Assembly: GCA_963674705.1 (NCBI GenBank)
Contig: OY771506.1
Coordinates: forward strand, 4,000,001 to 4,064,000
Length of the DNA: 64,000 bases
From: Phycisphaeraceae bacterium
GTDB taxonomy: Bacteria; Planctomycetota; Phycisphaerae; Phycisphaerales; Phycisphaeraceae
Reading direction: 5' to 3'
Part shown: positions 62,202-64,000 of the stretch, in pieces
How the letters are laid out: every line of letters starts with the position of its first letter
Numbering within the stretch: position 1 is the first letter of the stretch
Translations under genes and position numbers: made by a program
The notes under the pieces: model-generated
Database searches by the model: none
Told to the model about the DNA's origin: nothing
Seen by the model: the letters and a program-made list of their open reading frames with translations, nothing else

Positions 62202-62966
62202 ATGAAGTGGACGGCATGGATGGTCGGGTTGCTCTGTCTTGTTTTATTGGGCTGCCAACCGTCGCAACGCGTTGCTGACAAAGACGGCTCCCTGGCCAAA
62301 GCCAAATACCGGGCACGTATTGTCGGTCGTTCAGTTGAGAATCGCCCGATCCTGACACGGGTCTACGGTGAGGGGGACGATGTGATCCTCATCATGGCGG
62401 GGATCCACGGCACCGAGGCGAAAGGCATCCCAATTCTCGATCGTTTGGGTGAGGAATTGATGCAACGACCTGAGTTGCTTGAGGGCCGAACGGTCGTACT
62501 CATGCCGGAAGTCAATCCTGACGGCGTGAAGGCCGGTAAACGTCACAACGCTAACGATGTCGACCTCAACCGCAACTTCCCGGCTGACAACTTCAGCGGG
62601 AAGGATAAGCACGGAAGCGAACCGCTGTCGCAACCCGAATCGAAGATCATCCTCAAGCAGATCGAGCTGTACAAACCCAACCGGATCGTGACTTTCCACG
62701 AGCCTTTGAACTGCCTGGATTATGATGGCGAAGATGCCAAACTGATCGCGGAAGCGATGGGCCAATACACGGACCTTCCGGTGAAGCGACTCGGCGGTCG
62801 GCCCGGTTCGCTGGGATCGTACTTTGGCATCGATAAGGGCATTCCGTGCATCACGGTTGAATTGCCAAAGAATGCCAAGATGATGAGTGATGAAGAATTG
62901 TGGGAGCGCTACGGCCAGGCCACAATCGTGTCGATCACGTATCCAGAGGTGCTGGAAGCAAAGTAG
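62202..62966 (+). CDS. mpaA: M14 zinc carboxypeptidase, murein peptide amidase A-like lipoprotein
   Basis: GIHGTE, NPDG, VDLNRNF, SQPES, TFHEP, PGSLG, TVELP; lipobox LLGC. Confidence 0.8.
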   Translation: MKWTAWMVGLLCLVLLGCQPSQRVADKDGSLAKAKYRARIVGRSVENRPILTRVYGEGDDVILIMAGIHGTEAKGIPILDRLGEELMQRPELLEGRTVVLMPEVNPDGVKAGKRHNANDVDLNRNFPADNFSGKDKHGSEPLSQPESKIILKQIELYKPNRIVTFHEPLNCLDYDGEDAKLIAEAMGQYTDLPVKRLGGRPGSLGSYFGIDKGIPCITVELPKNAKMMSDEELWERYGQATIVSITYPEVLEAK

Positions 62967-62978
62967 GCGACCTGCTTG

Positions 62979-63437
62979 TCAGAACTCGTCAGTGAAAACA
63001 TCCTGCTGGTTTTGCTCTTGATGCCCGGCCCCGGTGCCGTGCCCACCGCCATCACGTCCGGATGCAACATGGACCTTGCTGATGTTCGCTGTGTAGAGAA
63101 AACCGCCTACCAGTATCACCAGCACGATGACCGATGTGATACCGGTCCATAATTTGCGCCGCAGGGTTGGCTTCGTATTGGTTGCACGCAACAGCTTCGC
63201 GATCACGCTGCAGACCCACCCCCAATTCAGGGTGACATGTAATAATGCTGCGGCGATGATGCCCATGGCAATCCAGAAGTGAATATCACCCCATTCATGC
63301 CGCGAAAGGCTCCAGACCGAATCCTGGTGGCTACCGGCAGGAAGTACAAATGCCAGCAGCAGGCCGGTAAGGATCAGACCTACTGCCCCCAACAGCAGGA
63401 TCATGTCAACCAGAAGATGCAGATAACTGCGTTTCAT
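62979..63437 (-). CDS. DUF4405 membrane protein
   Basis: LTGLLL, SRHEWGDIHFW, LHVTLNWGW. Confidence 0.8.
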   Translation of the reverse strand: MKRSYLHLLVDMILLLGAVGLILTGLLLAFVLPAGSHQDSVWSLSRHEWGDIHFWIAMGIIAAALLHVTLNWGWVCSVIAKLLRATNTKPTLRRKLWTGITSVIVLVILVGGFLYTANISKVHVASGRDGGGHGTGAGHQEQNQQDVFTDEF

Positions 63438-63621
63438 ATAACAACTCCTTAAAAAACTGAGGAGCCGCCCAACTCACCCGTTTTTACGTTACAACGTGCC
63501 ATTGCATGACATATTGCCCGACTGAACTACTGTGCTGTTTATCGCGTAAAATACTCTTAATAGCATAAGTTTTCTCCGTATCGCATAATTTGCAGAACCC
63601 TGAATCCCGGATACCCAACCC

Positions 63622-64000
63622 TTGCGACTAGCACTGATCGGCGACATCCACCTGTTCCAGACCGACGTTCACCCGGCGAGGCTGTTCGGCAAACGCATAC
63701 TCGGCCACACGAACCTGATGCTCAACCGGCGTTTCCGGTTTAACCACCGGGTGCTCGCATCCATGATCGAACGTGTGGAGACACTGGCCCCGGAAGCGCT
63801 ACTGCTGACCGGCGATGTGACGACGACCTCGCTCGAAGATGAGTTCCACGATGTGGCCACCTATCTGGAACCTCTGTCAGAGAAAATCCCGACCGTGATC
63901 GTCCCGGGCAATCACGATAAGTACACGTTCCGGTCCGTACGGAAACAGCGCATGATGGAACACATGCGAGGCATCCTGCCGGATCACTTCCCACATATAC
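63622..64000 (+). CDS. Metallophosphoesterase (runs off the window end)
   Basis: Manual translation from TTG 63622: RLALIGDIHL, LLLTGDVT, VPGNHDKY. Confidence 0.88.
   Translation, partial: MRLALIGDIHLFQTDVHPARLFGKRILGHTNLMLNRRFRFNHRVLASMIERVETLAPEALLLTGDVTTTSLEDEFHDVATYLEPLSEKIPTVIVPGNHDKYTFRSVRKQRMMEHMRGILPDHFPHI

Noticed and set aside
63480..63505. Sigma-54 promoter for the DUF4405 gene
   Set aside because: TGGCACG is present but the -12 TTGC element is missing at the required spacing.

Overview
GC-rich bacterial chromosome segment, most likely Planctomycetota, class Phycisphaerae. This is inferred from PEP-CTERM/dockerin proteins, CxxCGYDL..CPECG Zn-ribbon membrane proteins, a short PheT, a stand-alone CoaC and PVC-type ResB/CcsA. 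It is mostly housekeeping: korA, crcB, cytochrome c maturation system II, mpg, an S1-repeat protein, pgsA, cysS, ybeY, dapL, rpoZ, pheT, rhlE, fliM, gyrA, ychF, hisC, hisB, pgi and a Dus enzyme. An accessory stretch lies at about 24-34 kb. I found no tRNA, rRNA, CRISPR array, integrase or transposase. Notable non-gene signals: (1) a dense family of cargo-less inverted-repeat elements built from three 9- or 10-nt units per arm, twice nested, plus 7-nt-unit and REP-like hairpin families, several overlapping start or stop codons; (2) an 81-bp diverged duplicate of the fliM 3' end bracketing an AT-rich gene, and a fainter similar relic behind a GNAT gene, suggesting gene acquisition by 3'-end replacement; (3) tandem dockerin/PEP-CTERM paralogs divergent from an ATP-grasp gene. 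All calls come from motif recognition by eye; no database searches were run.
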